DNA from: Planctomycetota bacterium
GTDB taxonomy: Bacteria > Planctomycetota > UBA8742 > UBA2392
NCBI GenBank assembly: GCA_019636195.1
Contig: JAHBYA010000005.1
Location: forward strand, 174 to 64,173
Direction: 5' to 3'
DNA: 64,000 bases
Positions 34,377 to 43,437 of this stretch are shown here, piece after piece; position 1 is the stretch's first letter, and every line of letters begins with the position of its first letter. The notes beneath the pieces are model-generated. The model searched no databases, had not been told where the DNA came from, and worked only from the letters and a program-made list of their open reading frames with translations. The translations under genes and the position numbers were made by a program.

Positions 34377-35692
34377 AACGAAACAAGGAAACAAGAGCCC
34401 GGAGCGCAAGCGACGGGTTGGCACATTGCAGTTTTTCGGCGCAAAGCCCCGTCGCTTGCGCTCCGGGCTACTGTCTTGTGGTGCTCGCGGCCTGTTTGCT
34501 TCTCACAGCGTGTGCCAAGCCGGGGCCGGCGAAGATAGATGACGACGACTTTGAAATTCCGCCCAAAGAGGCCCAAAGCGACTTTCTGGATGTCGGCACA
34601 CAGGCGGGCATCAAGTGGCTGAGCTTTGTACCCAACGCCGAGCGCGACTACCCCGAACTGTTTGACGGCCTCGACCGCGACCAAAGGCGCCGCCTGCGCC
34701 TTGCGCCGCTGGCACCCGCCGATCAGCGCGTTCTGCTGGAGTTCAAGTTGCCGCCGGACAACAAGATTTGGCCTGTCGAGTGGTACGAGGTTGAGCTTGC
34801 GGCCGTTGATCACGCATCCGGGCCGGAAGTCCAGTCATCGGTTGCCATCGCGACTGACGACGGCCGTGACCCGCTGGACTACGCCTACGCAATCGCCAAA
34901 GCCCGCGGAGGGGCCGCCATTGACCGCGACGCGCCCGCCGGCCAAGCCGAAAAGTGGTGCTTTACAGCCGCAAAGGGCGCGTACCTTTACGTTTATGGCG
35001 CGAAGCGACTTTCGGGCAAAGGCGCGTCGATGATTGTCGTTGTCGAAGACCGCATTGAGCGCACGCCCATCAAGCCCGCTGATCTCGGGGCTGTCGAGGC
35101 GCTACTTAAGGCAATCAACATCAAGCGCGAACTGGCCCTTGAGGGCTCGCCCAAGCACAAGGTCAGCAGCTCGATCGAAGTGCTGCAAAAGGGCACCCTG
35201 CATTACCCCGACGGCTCGCTGGCTTTGCCCGTCGGCGATGGCCACGCCGTGCGCAAGATTGGCGGCGATTCCACTGTCCAGGTGGACGGCGAGGGCGCGT
35301 CGCCATGGCTGCTGCTTCGCCGACTTGCGCCGACCAAGGCCGCGGGTGACATTCGCGTGCGCGTGCGCAACGACCCTGTGTTCAACCGCCGCCTGAAAGA
35401 CCCGTCGGGCAGGTTTTCGGCGGGGTATGACCCCGGCTGGAACTTTCCGGCTGTGCTGTGGGATTACAGCGGCAGCGGGCTGGAGCAGTACGTGCTGGGT
35501 GTCATGGTGGTGGGCGACGAACTGCTGACACTGGAAGTCGTCAGCACCGGCCTGCGCGAGGGCGAGGCCCGCCGCAAAGCCAAGCAGGCGGCGCTTGAGC
35601 TGCTTGCGGGCGCGCACACTGCGCCGGTGGGCCAGCGCGGGCGCATTTCAACGCTGATTGGCTGGAACGTCGGCACCATGGGCAAAGAATGA
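34373..35692 (+). CDS. Hypothetical lipoprotein
   Basis: ATG 34373 overlaps the polA TGA as ATGA. It has a lipobox-like LLLTAC after a hydrophobic segment. Length is 439 aa and no other motif was recognised. Confidence 0.65.
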   Translation: MKRNKETRARSASDGLAHCSFSAQSPVACAPGYCLVVLAACLLLTACAKPGPAKIDDDDFEIPPKEAQSDFLDVGTQAGIKWLSFVPNAERDYPELFDGLDRDQRRRLRLAPLAPADQRVLLEFKLPPDNKIWPVEWYEVELAAVDHASGPEVQSSVAIATDDGRDPLDYAYAIAKARGGAAIDRDAPAGQAEKWCFTAAKGAYLYVYGAKRLSGKGASMIVVVEDRIERTPIKPADLGAVEALLKAINIKRELALEGSPKHKVSSSIEVLQKGTLHYPDGSLALPVGDGHAVRKIGGDSTVQVDGEGASPWLLLRRLAPTKAAGDIRVRVRNDPVFNRRLKDPSGRFSAGYDPGWNFPAVLWDYSGSGLEQYVLGVMVVGDELLTLEVVSTGLREGEARRKAKQAALELLAGAHTAPVGQRGRISTLIGWNVGTMGKE

Positions 35693-36288
35693 AGGCAAAG
35701 CCGGTGATCGCGTTGGCCGGCGGGGTGGCAAGCGGCAAGAGCGCCGTGGCGGCGGCATTTGGGCGGCTTGGCGCGCTGGTGGTGGATGCGGACCTTGAGG
35801 GCCACGCGGTGCTGGGCGACCCGGCGGTGGTGCAGGAGATTCGCGCGGCCTTTGGCGAGGGCGCATTTACGGACGGGGCAGTTGACCGGAAAAAACTTGG
35901 TGCCATAGTGTTCGCCGACGGCGGAAAGCTTGCTACACTGAACGCCATCACCCACCCGCGTATCCGTCAGCGCACCAACGCGAAGATCGAGGCGGGACTC
36001 AGCGACCCTGGCATTGCGGCAATCGTACTGGATATCAGCCTTTTGCTTGAATCCGGCGCTTATGGGGGAAAGTACAGCCTGCTGGTTTTTGTTGAATCAT
36101 CGGACGAAACCCGCAGAAAGCGCGCCGCACAGCGCGGCTGGGACGAAGGCGAGCTTGACCGCCGCCAGTCCCGGCAGATGAAGCTTGAAGAAAAGCGCAG
36201 GCTTGCCGACGTCGTGATCGACAACAACGGCAGCCTTGCCGACCTTGATCGCCAGGTACAGGAAATCTGGCACAAATACGTTCCCTGA
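35689..36288 (+). CDS. coaE: Dephospho-CoA kinase
   Basis: The P-loop is IALAGGVASGKSAV. ..VVDADLEGHAVL.. and ITHPRI are also present. It forms an ATGA overlap with the upstream gene. Confidence 0.88.
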   Translation: MKAKPVIALAGGVASGKSAVAAAFGRLGALVVDADLEGHAVLGDPAVVQEIRAAFGEGAFTDGAVDRKKLGAIVFADGGKLATLNAITHPRIRQRTNAKIEAGLSDPGIAAIVLDISLLLESGAYGGKYSLLVFVESSDETRRKRAAQRGWDEGELDRRQSRQMKLEEKRRLADVVIDNNGSLADLDRQVQEIWHKYVP

Positions 36289-36420
36289 ACGTGGATCGGG
36301 CCGCCGGGGGCCCCTGCAAACACTTTCCCGGTATAAGTCCCGCGTCACTGCCTCCATCCCCGGGGGCGCGCGGGCAAACGCCGAAGGCCCGCTCCCCGCG
36401 GCAACCGGCATGAGGTCAAC

Positions 36421-38043
36421 ATGAATTCGGATGGCAAGTCAGCACCCAAGAGGCGCGGTCGCTCGCGTGGCGGGCATCGCAATGGCGGACAGCGTCGCGG
36501 CCAGCGCAAAGGCGGTACCGACATCGTGATGAGCGAAGAAATGCAGCGCCAGCACGAAATGGCCCGCATGGAGGCCCGCCGCGAGCGCGAAGAAGAAGAG
36601 TTCGCGCGCCGCACACCTGAAAGCAATGACGACAGCCTGGGCAATAAGGCCGACCCCGGCGCAAGCGCTGAACGCAAAGTCGCCCCGCCCAATGAAGACA
36701 CCCCGGTCGTTGAAGATACCGCCAAGTCCAACGGCGAAAACGGTGAAGACACCAGCGCCATTGAGCCGCCGCCCAGGGGGCCGGTCGTCACGATCAACCT
36801 GAACGAGCTCCAGAAGATGAAGATGGAGCAACTTCAGAAGGACGTGCGCAACCTCGGCATCCAGGACACCAGCGGCCTCAAGAAGCAGGACCTGATTTTC
36901 CAGCTGCTCAAGGACCGCGTGAAACGCGGCGCCATGATCTACGGCGAAGGCGTCATGGAAGTCCTGAATGAAGGTTTCGGCTTCCTGCGCAGCCCCGACT
37001 ACAACTACCTGCCAAGCCCCGACGACATTTACGTCAGCCCCAGCCAGATCCGCCGCTTCGGCCTGAAGTCAGGCCACATTGTCGCCGGCCAGATTCGCCC
37101 GCCCAAGGACAACGAGCGTTACTTCGCGCTGCTCAAGGTCGAGCACGTGAACAACGAAGACCCCAACAAGCTGGCAGAAGTGGTGCCGTTTGACGAACTG
37201 ACGCCGCTGTACCCCGACAAGCGCATCTTTCTTGAGATCAAGAACGACCTGAACCTGCGCATTATTGACCTGGTCACGCCGATCGGCATGGGCCAGCGCT
37301 GCCTGATCGTGGCGCCGCCCCGCACCGGCAAGACCGTGATCCTGCAGAAGATCGCCAACGCCATCCGCGCCAACCACCCCAATATCTACGTCATTGTGCT
37401 GCTGATCGACGAGCGCCCCGAAGAAGTCACCGACATGGAGCGCACCGTTGACGCCGAAGTGATCGCGTCCACCTTCGACGAAGCCACGGCCCGCCACGTG
37501 CAGGTCACGGAAATGGTACTCGGCAAAGCCAAACGGCTGGTCGAGCACAAGGTCGATGTGGTCATCCTGCTGGACTCGATTACCCGCCTTGGGCGTGCCT
37601 ACAACGCTGAGCAGCCGCACAGCGGCAAGATTCTGACCGGCGGCGTGGACGCCAGCGCCCTGCAGCGGCCCAAGCGCTTCTTCGGCGCCGCGCGCAACAT
37701 TGAAGAAGGCGGCAGCCTGACCATCATTTCCACGGCGCTGATCGACACTGGCAGCCGAATGGACGAAGTGATCTTCGAAGAGTTCAAGGGCACCGGCAAC
37801 GCTGAGTTGCACCTTGACCGGAGGCTTGCCGACCGCCGCGTTTACCCGGCGATTGACGTGACGCGCAGCGGCACGCGCAAAGAAGAGTTGCTGCTCGACC
37901 CGGAAGAGCAAAAGCGCATGTGGGTGCTGCGGCGCATCCTGAACGACATGAACCCGATCGAGGCCATGGAGCTGCTGAAAGAGAAGCTGAAGAAGACCAG
38001 CAGCAACGCCGAGTTCCTGATGACCATGAGCGTGGGCAACTAG
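36421..38043 (+). CDS. rho: Transcription termination factor Rho with ~120-aa Arg/Gly/Glu-rich N-terminal extension
   Basis: Walker A is [24 protein letters not shown] and the RNA-binding region [31 protein letters not shown] are present. The conserved core starts near [12 protein letters not shown]. Confidence 0.93.
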   Translation: MNSDGKSAPKRRGRSRGGHRNGGQRRGQRKGGTDIVMSEEMQRQHEMARMEARREREEEEFARRTPESNDDSLGNKADPGASAERKVAPPNEDTPVVEDTAKSNGENGEDTSAIEPPPRGPVVTINLNELQKMKMEQLQKDVRNLGIQDTSGLKKQDLIFQLLKDRVKRGAMIYGEGVMEVLNEGFGFLRSPDYNYLPSPDDIYVSPSQIRRFGLKSGHIVAGQIRPPKDNERYFALLKVEHVNNEDPNKLAEVVPFDELTPLYPDKRIFLEIKNDLNLRIIDLVTPIGMGQRCLIVAPPRTGKTVILQKIANAIRANHPNIYVIVLLIDERPEEVTDMERTVDAEVIASTFDEATARHVQVTEMVLGKAKRLVEHKVDVVILLDSITRLGRAYNAEQPHSGKILTGGVDASALQRPKRFFGAARNIEEGGSLTIISTALIDTGSRMDEVIFEEFKGTGNAELHLDRRLADRRVYPAIDVTRSGTRKEELLLDPEEQKRMWVLRRILNDMNPIEAMELLKEKLKKTSSNAEFLMTMSVGN

Positions 38044-38149
38044 CGAACGGGAGGGTTGAACCCCCGGTGAATCCGCCAGTTTTCTTGCATTGGCATACGG
38101 GAACTTCATGGGGGATCCTGACGTTAGATTGACGAACAAGGAGACGAAC

Positions 38150-38572
38150 ATGCGCCTCTTGATCACAACCCTGCTGCTGATGGCGATGGCTGTCCCCGCT
38201 TTTGCGCAGGACAAGCCGCCGGAAGCACCGGCCGAAAAGAAGGCCGAAGAACCCAAGATGTCCGAAGACGGCGCCAAGCTGTTTGCGGACGTGAAGGTTG
38301 TGTACGCCAAGTACTACGAGATCATCCTGGCCAAGGCCAAGTCCAACGAAGAGTACAAGGCCGATGAAGTGTGGGACGCAGCGGTCAAGGAAGCCAAGGA
38401 CGAAAACGGCAACCCCAAGTTCAAGGACCGCACAGTCTTTCACGACGCCGTGTCCAAGATGAAGGCCAAAGACCGCATCTTCCGCAAGGAAGTGAACGAG
38501 CTGGTGACCAACCACGCCAAAGAGTTCGCGGAAGCGGTCAGGAAACACGCCGAAGAGAAAGACGGCAACTGA
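38150..38572 (+). CDS. Small exported Lys/Glu-rich hypothetical protein
   Basis: The start is taken at MRLLITTLLLMAMAVPAFAQ (signal peptide), preceded by AAGGAGA. Length is 140 aa. Confidence 0.6.
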   Translation: MRLLITTLLLMAMAVPAFAQDKPPEAPAEKKAEEPKMSEDGAKLFADVKVVYAKYYEIILAKAKSNEEYKADEVWDAAVKEAKDENGNPKFKDRTVFHDAVSKMKAKDRIFRKEVNELVTNHAKEFAEAVRKHAEEKDGN

Positions 38573-38596
38573 ACCTCGCACCAGCGTTAAACCACA

Positions 38597-38628
38597 GCGG
38601 GCGCCACTTTCGTGGCGCCCGCTTGTTC
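38597..38628. terminator. Rho-independent terminator
   Basis: GCGGGCGCCAC, loop TTTC, GTGGCGCCCGC (11-bp perfect stem), followed by TTGTTC. It lies between convergent genes. Confidence 0.8.
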
Positions 38629-38674
38629 GGGCCGAAGAAGTGCCTGCCCCCCCATAACAGCAAACACTTCCCTT

Positions 38675-39571
38675 TTATCGGCCCTCAATTCGTTCTTCGG
38701 GGCGTGAGGTATAATCTTTTTCCGGAATTGTCGCATCAGAATTTTTCAGAGTTTCTCCGGGCATTGGTGACTTTCGTTTCCGCATCAGGCGCAGCGTCGC
38801 CAGCAGGATCAGCAATGCAAATGTCGCCTTCAACGCGTCCTGCGGCACATGATACGCCAGCCAGACACCCCCAATCGCGGTGATCGCCGCCACCGGCGAA
38901 ATCTTCAGCGCCAGCGCCTTGTCCACATTGCCCGCCCGCAAGTGCAGTACTGCGCTCAACAGGCTGGTCGGCAGAATCACCGCAAGGCTGGTGGCACGGG
39001 TGGCCGTGAACTGGTCATGAAAGTACCCGAACGCCAGCGTCAGCATCGGCACAATGACCACCCCGCCGCCAAGCCCGAACATCGCCCCCACCACGCCGGC
39101 AAACAGTCCCACCGCAAGCATGAACAGCACGTGCCCGACGCTGGTTGCGTCAGAAGCGCCGCCGATTATCGGCTGGGTGTCGGGGATCACGTTCAGCATC
39201 CGCGCGGCAATCAGGACCAGCACGGCGCAAAACGCGTACCGGAAGGGCATTTCCGGCAGCAGCTTGTGCAGCCGCTCACCGATCACCGTGCCCGCCAGCG
39301 CCCCGACGGCCAGGATGCCCGCGGCGACCCAGTGCACGTCGTCCGGTTCACGAATCAATTGCGCCACAAGCCCGACGGCGACCACCAGCACGATCACAGC
39401 AAGGCTGGTGCCCGCGGCGCGCTTGACGCGCATGACCCCGAAGAGTGCAAACAGCGGCACCATCACCACGCCGCCGCCGACACCCAGCATGGTGCTGACC
39501 AGGCCTGCCAGCGCGGCAACGCCTGTGGCGCGAATGGTGCGGGTCTTGAACTGGGGGTCAGGCTCTGCCAC
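38675..39571 (-). CDS. TauE/SafE-family sulfite/anion exporter-like membrane protein
   Basis: 298 aa and multi-pass. The repeated G-G-G-x-(V/I)-x-V-P motif (GVGGGVVMVPLF, GLGGGVVIVPML) is typical of the family. Confidence 0.8.
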   Translation of the reverse strand: MAEPDPQFKTRTIRATGVAALAGLVSTMLGVGGGVVMVPLFALFGVMRVKRAAGTSLAVIVLVVAVGLVAQLIREPDDVHWVAAGILAVGALAGTVIGERLHKLLPEMPFRYAFCAVLVLIAARMLNVIPDTQPIIGGASDATSVGHVLFMLAVGLFAGVVGAMFGLGGGVVIVPMLTLAFGYFHDQFTATRATSLAVILPTSLLSAVLHLRAGNVDKALALKISPVAAITAIGGVWLAYHVPQDALKATFALLILLATLRLMRKRKSPMPGETLKNSDATIPEKDYTSRPEERIEGR

Positions 39572-39621
39572 GCGCGCAGAAAAGCAATGCGCGGGCCGCG
39601 ATGCAACCCCGGCGGCTATTC

Positions 39622-41061
39622 CTAATCTTCAGGCGCGGGTTCCGGCTCAGGTTCTGGTTCCGGCTTCGGCTCGGCGCGGCCTTGCTCGGTCCAGACAATG
39701 TCCGCCGCGTGGCCTTGGCCGCCGGCGGCTCTATCGCTGCCTGTGCAGGTCAGCTTGAAGCCCGCTTCCGTGCGCTCGTAACTGAAGTCGCTGTCCCACG
39801 GGTCTTTGGGGATCTCACCTGAGGGCATGCGATCGGCAACGTCAGCCAGTTTTTCGGGGTAGCTGCCCTTGTCCTGCTTGAACGCGGAAAGCTTCTCGGC
39901 CAGGTCGCGCATCTGTTCGGCGGCGACCTCGGCCTTGGCTTCGTGCTCTTTCTGGTCGGTCCTTTCCTTGGGGCGCACGATCACCGCGCCGCCGCGCCCG
40001 CGCCGCTCCTGCGGGTAGCTGCCAGGCTCTGGAAAGATCACGTCCGCGTCTTCGCGAATGCCGCCGGCCAGCGCGTCTTTGCCCAGGCCGATGACCGCGA
40101 AGTCATCGTCGCCCATGCGCAGGTAAATGTACTCGCGGCCCCAGTTGTCGGTGGGCAGCACGTTGCGCAGGGCGTTCTGCTGCTTGCCGTCGGGCATTGG
40201 CACCGGGCGCGTCAGGTCGGCAAGCTCGTTGGGCAGCCTGCCCGCGAGCTTGCGCCATGCCTCAATTTCTTCGGCCAAGCTCTGGGCCTGCCAGTCGGTG
40301 TTGGGTCGCCAGTCGCCCCAGCGGTCGGTCTGGCGCGTCTTGCGGCGCACGTCGCGCTCGCTGACCACAAAGTCGGCGTTGCGGCCGGTGCCGTCCTCGG
40401 CACCTTCTTCGCCGCGGCAGATGATGGCGACGTTGTCGGCCGGCAGCACGCGCAGCTCAAAGGGGTTGCCCCACGGGTCGTTGAAGCAGGCGTTTACGCG
40501 CTTGTCTTCGGGCGTGTCACCCTTGCGCATGGCGTCGGCAAGTGTTCCGGGCCACTTCTGGTTTTCGCGCCGGAAGTTCAGGGCTTGCTCGGCGCATACG
40601 ACCATGCGGGCGCGGGCCAGTGTCAGGCGCGCTTCGTGGCGCTGTTCGTCGCGCCGGCGCTCAAGCTCGGCTTTTTGCTCGGGCTTCAGCTCAACCAACT
40701 CGCCGTTGCGCGTGAACGTGATGTCCGCCGCGGCGCCCTCGCCGCCGGCCTTGCCGTCTGACCCCAAGCTGACCAGCCGGTACCCGGCGTCGCTGTCCTG
40801 CTTGTACTGAAATGCGTTACCCCATGCGTCTTTGGGCACTTCCTTGCGCAGGCCGGCCTCAACCAGCGCCTGCAACTTTTCGGGGTAGGCGTTCTCGTGC
40901 GTTTCAGCCCATGCCCGCAGGTCCTGCATCAGGCTGCGCATGGTTTCGCGGGTTTCGCGCATGCGGGTGCGGTCGGCACGCGCGATGTCGTCGTCCTGCG
41001 CCAAAGCTGTCACAGCCAGGCACAGCAGCAGTACCGCGGTAACCAGAGTGCGCGCACGCAT
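39622..41061 (-). CDS. Exported protein with four tandem GspG (type II secretion pseudopilin) core domains
   Basis: The start is taken at MRARTLVTAVLLLCLAVTALAQ (Sec-type signal). The four modules are KDAWGNAFQYK..YRLVSLGSDGKAGGEGAAADITF, NDPWGNPFELR..RGEEGAEDGTGRNADFVV, TDNWGREYIYL..IGLGKDALAGGIREDADVIF and KDPWDSDFSYE..CTGSDRAAGGQGHAADIVW. The tail is (PE)n. Confidence 0.75.
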   Translation of the reverse strand: MRARTLVTAVLLLCLAVTALAQDDDIARADRTRMRETRETMRSLMQDLRAWAETHENAYPEKLQALVEAGLRKEVPKDAWGNAFQYKQDSDAGYRLVSLGSDGKAGGEGAAADITFTRNGELVELKPEQKAELERRRDEQRHEARLTLARARMVVCAEQALNFRRENQKWPGTLADAMRKGDTPEDKRVNACFNDPWGNPFELRVLPADNVAIICRGEEGAEDGTGRNADFVVSERDVRRKTRQTDRWGDWRPNTDWQAQSLAEEIEAWRKLAGRLPNELADLTRPVPMPDGKQQNALRNVLPTDNWGREYIYLRMGDDDFAVIGLGKDALAGGIREDADVIFPEPGSYPQERRGRGGAVIVRPKERTDQKEHEAKAEVAAEQMRDLAEKLSAFKQDKGSYPEKLADVADRMPSGEIPKDPWDSDFSYERTEAGFKLTCTGSDRAAGGQGHAADIVWTEQGRAEPKPEPEPEPEPAPED

Positions 41062-41161
41062 GGGAAACCCCGAACCGTTCATGGTACGCAGACCGCTGGC
41101 AGCGGCAAGCCGCGCGCGCCCCCTTGACGTGCAAACCCGCTTTAATACGGTTTGCAAGCCT

Positions 41162-41236
41162 TCCGCCGTAGCTCAATGGTAGAGCATTCGACTGTTAATC
41201 GACAGGTTGCTGGTTCGAGTCCAGCCGGCGGAGCCA
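41162..41236 (+). tRNA. tRNA-Asn (anticodon GTT)
   Basis: Manual cloverleaf over 75 nt including an encoded CCA. The acceptor stem is TCCGCCG/CGGCGGA and the D arm is GCTC-AATGGTA-GAGC. The anticodon loop is CTGTTAA and the T arm is GCTGG-TTCGAGT-CCAGC. Confidence 0.9.
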
Positions 41237-41245
41237 CTCATGCAC

Positions 41246-41275
41246 AGCGCCTCGCGATCGCGGGGCGCTTGTCTT
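41246..41275. terminator. Hairpin terminator after tRNA-Asn (also abuts the convergent pseudouridine synthase stop)
   Basis: AGCGCCTCGC, loop GATC, GCGGGGCGCT (10 bp with one G-U pair), followed by TGTCTTTC. Confidence 0.65.
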
Positions 41276-41806
41276 TCAGGCGTCCAGCGCGGTTTGCTCG
41301 GCTTCGGTCAGCCAGCGCCATTGGCCGCTCTGGATGTCGAGTTGGACCGGGCCGAAGCTTGTGCGCTTGAGGTCCGTGACCTTAAGGGCGCGGCTGGTTT
41401 CATCTTTCAGTGCGCTGAACATGCGGCGGATCTGGCGGTTGCGGCCTTCGTCCAGCGTTACCAGCACGCGCGACTTGCCGCCTGCGCCGCCGCGCAGCTC
41501 TATCGTGGCCGCGCGCAGCCGTCCCGCCGGGGTGTCCACGCCGGCCAGCAACTGCGCCGCGTGCTCTGGCGTGACACGGCCGCGCACCCAAACCTCGTAA
41601 ACCTTGCGGTGTACACCGGGGCGCGACAACTGCTCCTGCAGCTTTCCGTCGTTCACGAACAGCAGCAATCCGCGCGTATCCATGTCCAGCCGGCCCACCG
41701 GCTGCCAGCCCTGCTCATGCACCCAGGCGGGCAGCAGGTCAAACACGGTGCGGCGGCTGTGCTCGTCGCTGCGGGTGACCACGCAGCCCCGCGGCTTGTG
41801 AAACAT
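41276..41806 (-). CDS. RsuA/RluE-family pseudouridine synthase (no S4 domain)
   Basis: MFHKPRGCVVT... is followed by the catalytic-Asp motif PVGRLDMDTRGLLLFVNDG. ..KVYEVWV.. and EGRNRQIRRMF are also present. Length is 176 aa. Confidence 0.85.
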   Translation of the reverse strand: MFHKPRGCVVTRSDEHSRRTVFDLLPAWVHEQGWQPVGRLDMDTRGLLLFVNDGKLQEQLSRPGVHRKVYEVWVRGRVTPEHAAQLLAGVDTPAGRLRAATIELRGGAGGKSRVLVTLDEGRNRQIRRMFSALKDETSRALKVTDLKRTSFGPVQLDIQSGQWRWLTEAEQTALDA

Positions 41807-41827
41807 GAAAATGCGGGGTGGGATGCG

Positions 41828-43303
41828 CTAACCCTTCTCGGCGTAGTTGCCGTGGTTCTGTTCAGCGAGCTTGCGCATCAGGTCTTTGTTGGCGTCTTTG
41901 CCCAAGGCAATGCCATGGATGACCACCTTGCGGAACGTGTTGATGCGGCTGATGTCGGCCAGGATGTTGTCAGGCTCACAGAAACGCCCGTTGCCGATGG
42001 CGCCCCACTTGGGGTCCACCCGCGCGTAGTCGGTGCTTTCGTCGCACCAGCTGGGGCTGCCGTCGGTGAGAAAGAAGATTGTGTCCACGCCTTCCAGCAT
42101 GGCTGTGCGGTCAAGCGACGGATCGTCCTTCACGGTGCCCTTGCGCACGATCTTGAAGGCGCGAGTCAGGCTGCCATGAATGTTGGTACCGCCATTGGCG
42201 CGCAGCGCCCGGACCGCGTCGGTCATCTTTTTCTTGTTGGCTGCGTTGGCGGGGATCAGCCCTTCGATGGCCACGTCGATCATCTGGTGCTTGGTTTCGT
42301 AGGTCACGATGTTGAAGAAAAAGTCCTCGGGCAGGTTTTCCAGGCTCCAGAGCAGCTCGACTTTTGCCAGGTCCAGCTTGGTGCGCACGCCGCTGTAGTC
42401 GGGGCCTTTGTCGCGCTGCTTGCCGGTGACCGGGCCTTTGCCGCCGCCCATTTCGGCTGGCCAATCCATGCTGCCGGAAATGTCGATCACGAACAGCACA
42501 CGTTTGCCGACGGCGACAGTGTCAAAAAACGTCGGCGCCGCGACGGACTTGCCCTGCTGTTCGTCGGCGTCGCCCTTGAGGATCCAGTTGCGCCACCAGC
42601 GGCCGTCAAGGTAGGCAGGCTTGCCGGTGATGCGCGACAGGCCCAGCGCCGCAAAGTACTGGATGCGGTCGTCCTGCGACTTTTCCAGCACGTTGATCAG
42701 CGCCATCAGGTACGGCTTTTGCGCGTCCATGCCGTCCTTGGGGCACAGCTTGCGGGCGGCGGTGAGGGCCGACAGCGTCTCAAACACGTTGCCTTTGTCG
42801 TCGGTGTACGACTCAAGGATCGGCAGCACCAGCGGCGCAAGCTCAATGCGGCCTGACTCGCCGATTGCTTCAAGGGCGCAGGACGCAAGGCTGACTTCCT
42901 TGGCGTGGGTCCTGGTCAGGGCGGACTTCAGAAGGGCGTCGCCCTGTTCAGTCGCGCCTTCCGCGATGCCGCTAAGGGCCCAATACGCCGCGAACATTTC
43001 TTCTGACTTCTTGAAGCCGAGGATCGTGCGTTCTGCCTGTTGCAGGCCGTCCTTGTCTTTGAGTTCCTTGAACTGACGCCCGATTTCGCGGCCCGCAAAA
43101 CCGTCGCGTTCAGTGACCAGGTGCTTCAACACAGCCGCCACGGACTTCTTGTCGCCATCCTTGATCAGGCGTTTGGCGCCCTCAACGCGGTGGCTTGGTT
43201 CCTTGGCGCCTAACAGCGCAACGGATGTCGCGTTTTGCGCAGAAGCGCTGAACGCGATCAGGAAGAGCACCGGGGCGGCGAAGAGCAGTCGTCGCATGGT
43301 CAT
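41828..43303 (-). CDS. Exported HEAT-like repeat plus von Willebrand factor A domain protein
   Basis: Has a signal peptide. The MIDAS motif is VLFVIDISGSMD, followed by ..GGTNIHG.. and ..IFFLTDGSPS... Length is 491 aa. Confidence 0.8.
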   Translation of the reverse strand: MTMRRLLFAAPVLFLIAFSASAQNATSVALLGAKEPSHRVEGAKRLIKDGDKKSVAAVLKHLVTERDGFAGREIGRQFKELKDKDGLQQAERTILGFKKSEEMFAAYWALSGIAEGATEQGDALLKSALTRTHAKEVSLASCALEAIGESGRIELAPLVLPILESYTDDKGNVFETLSALTAARKLCPKDGMDAQKPYLMALINVLEKSQDDRIQYFAALGLSRITGKPAYLDGRWWRNWILKGDADEQQGKSVAAPTFFDTVAVGKRVLFVIDISGSMDWPAEMGGGKGPVTGKQRDKGPDYSGVRTKLDLAKVELLWSLENLPEDFFFNIVTYETKHQMIDVAIEGLIPANAANKKKMTDAVRALRANGGTNIHGSLTRAFKIVRKGTVKDDPSLDRTAMLEGVDTIFFLTDGSPSWCDESTDYARVDPKWGAIGNGRFCEPDNILADISRINTFRKVVIHGIALGKDANKDLMRKLAEQNHGNYAEKG

Positions 43304-43391
43304 CTCCGTGGGCCTGGTTTGAGCATAGTCATTTGAAAGCGCTGTTTGTCACGCGAAAGTCAGGGCGCGGCAGTTTTTTCATCCATAGAAA

Positions 43392-43417
43392 CGGGGCCCG
43401 AGTGCTCTCGGGCCCCG
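43392..43417 (-). terminator. Rho-independent terminator for the 43438..44460 gene
   Basis: CGGGGCCCGAG, loop, CTCGGGCCCCG (11-bp perfect stem). On the minus strand it is followed by TTTCTATGGATGAAAAAA. Confidence 0.75.
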
Positions 43418-43437
43418 CGCAGGTCTGGTGATTCGGT

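Noticed and set aside
41162-41236. tRNA-Asn as an integration site for a genomic island.
   Set aside because: No integrase, transposase or phage genes, and no repeat of the tRNA 3' end, were noticed in the flanks. The neighbours are ordinary chromosomal genes.
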